32,000 bases of DNA from Wolbachia endosymbiont strain TRS of Brugia malayi (GTDB lineage: Bacteria; Pseudomonadota; Alphaproteobacteria; Rickettsiales; Anaplasmataceae): the NCBI RefSeq assembly GCF_000008385.1, contig NC_006833.1, positions 150,001 to 182,000 of the forward strand, read 5' to 3'. Under the pieces are notes generated by a model, which searched no databases, was not told where the DNA came from, and saw only the letters and a program-made list of their open reading frames with translations. Of this stretch, positions 31,698 to 32,000 are shown piece after piece. The position numbers were made by a program, and so were the translations under genes. How positions within the stretch are numbered: position 1 is the first letter of the stretch; the number at the start of each line of letters is the position of its first letter.

Positions 31698-32000
31698 GAT
31701 TCAAGAGCACGCGACTTAATGTCAAGCCTTTAGTTCAAGTTATGCAAGAAATCTGTTGTATAATTAAGTACTTTTTTAAATTGTAAAGGTAGGTTATCTT
31801 TATATGGCTTGTATCTAATTCGTTTACTTTAGGAGTGTTAATAGAAGTTATCACGGATTCTCAAGTTTTGTTACCTGCTCTAATCCTTTACTTATGCTTT
31901 AATCTTGACTTCAAATTTTATTGAAGTGCTTGCTCCGCTGATAGCCATTTACTACATCAATTTTTAAACCAGGACTTCCGTAACTAAAAGATTCACCAGG

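Noticed and set aside
31700-32000. Possible small reverse ORF MAISGASTSIKFEVKIKA near the right edge
   Set aside because: Too short, with stops immediately upstream in the same frame; no supportable call.
1-32000. CRISPR array, prophage, transposase or defence/toxin-antitoxin system
   Set aside because: I saw no regularly spaced short repeats, phage structural motifs, transposase catalytic motifs or paired small toxin/antitoxin ORFs. The only repeats are the dispersed 457-bp family and the palindromic insertions in murC.

Overview
This window looks like Wolbachia-type (Rickettsiales, Alphaproteobacteria) chromosomal DNA. It is AT-rich, with conserved housekeeping genes separated by long, decaying non-coding stretches. 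Intact genes, in order: rlpA (-), murC (+), eno (+), obgE (+), an AsmA-like gene (-), murJ (-), tRNA-His (+), a c-type cytochrome (-), recJ (+), nuoD (-), recF (-), bcp (-), a sensor histidine kinase (-), argD (+), rimM (+), efp (+), a suhB-like inositol monophosphatase (+), hemA/ALAS (-) and htpG (-). The 3' end of a uracil-DNA glycosylase gene sits at the left edge. Hand translation across frames supports several decayed genes: an AAA+ ATPase (983-2220), a DsbD-like transmembrane protein (11249-11935), a short alpha/beta hydrolase with one apparent +1 frameshift (12186-12933), two small membrane/secreted ORFs (13566-14122), a multiply frameshifted ankyrin-repeat gene (25686-28654) and a remnant upstream of it. 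The two most interesting non-genic signals are (1) two in-frame, palindrome-like insertions inside an otherwise intact murC, resembling the protein-coding palindromic elements described in Rickettsia/Wolbachia, and (2) a 457-bp intergenic repeat at 17324-17780 and 31241-31697, with an older diverged relative at about 271-835. I found no convincing defence system, CRISPR array, transposase or prophage module.
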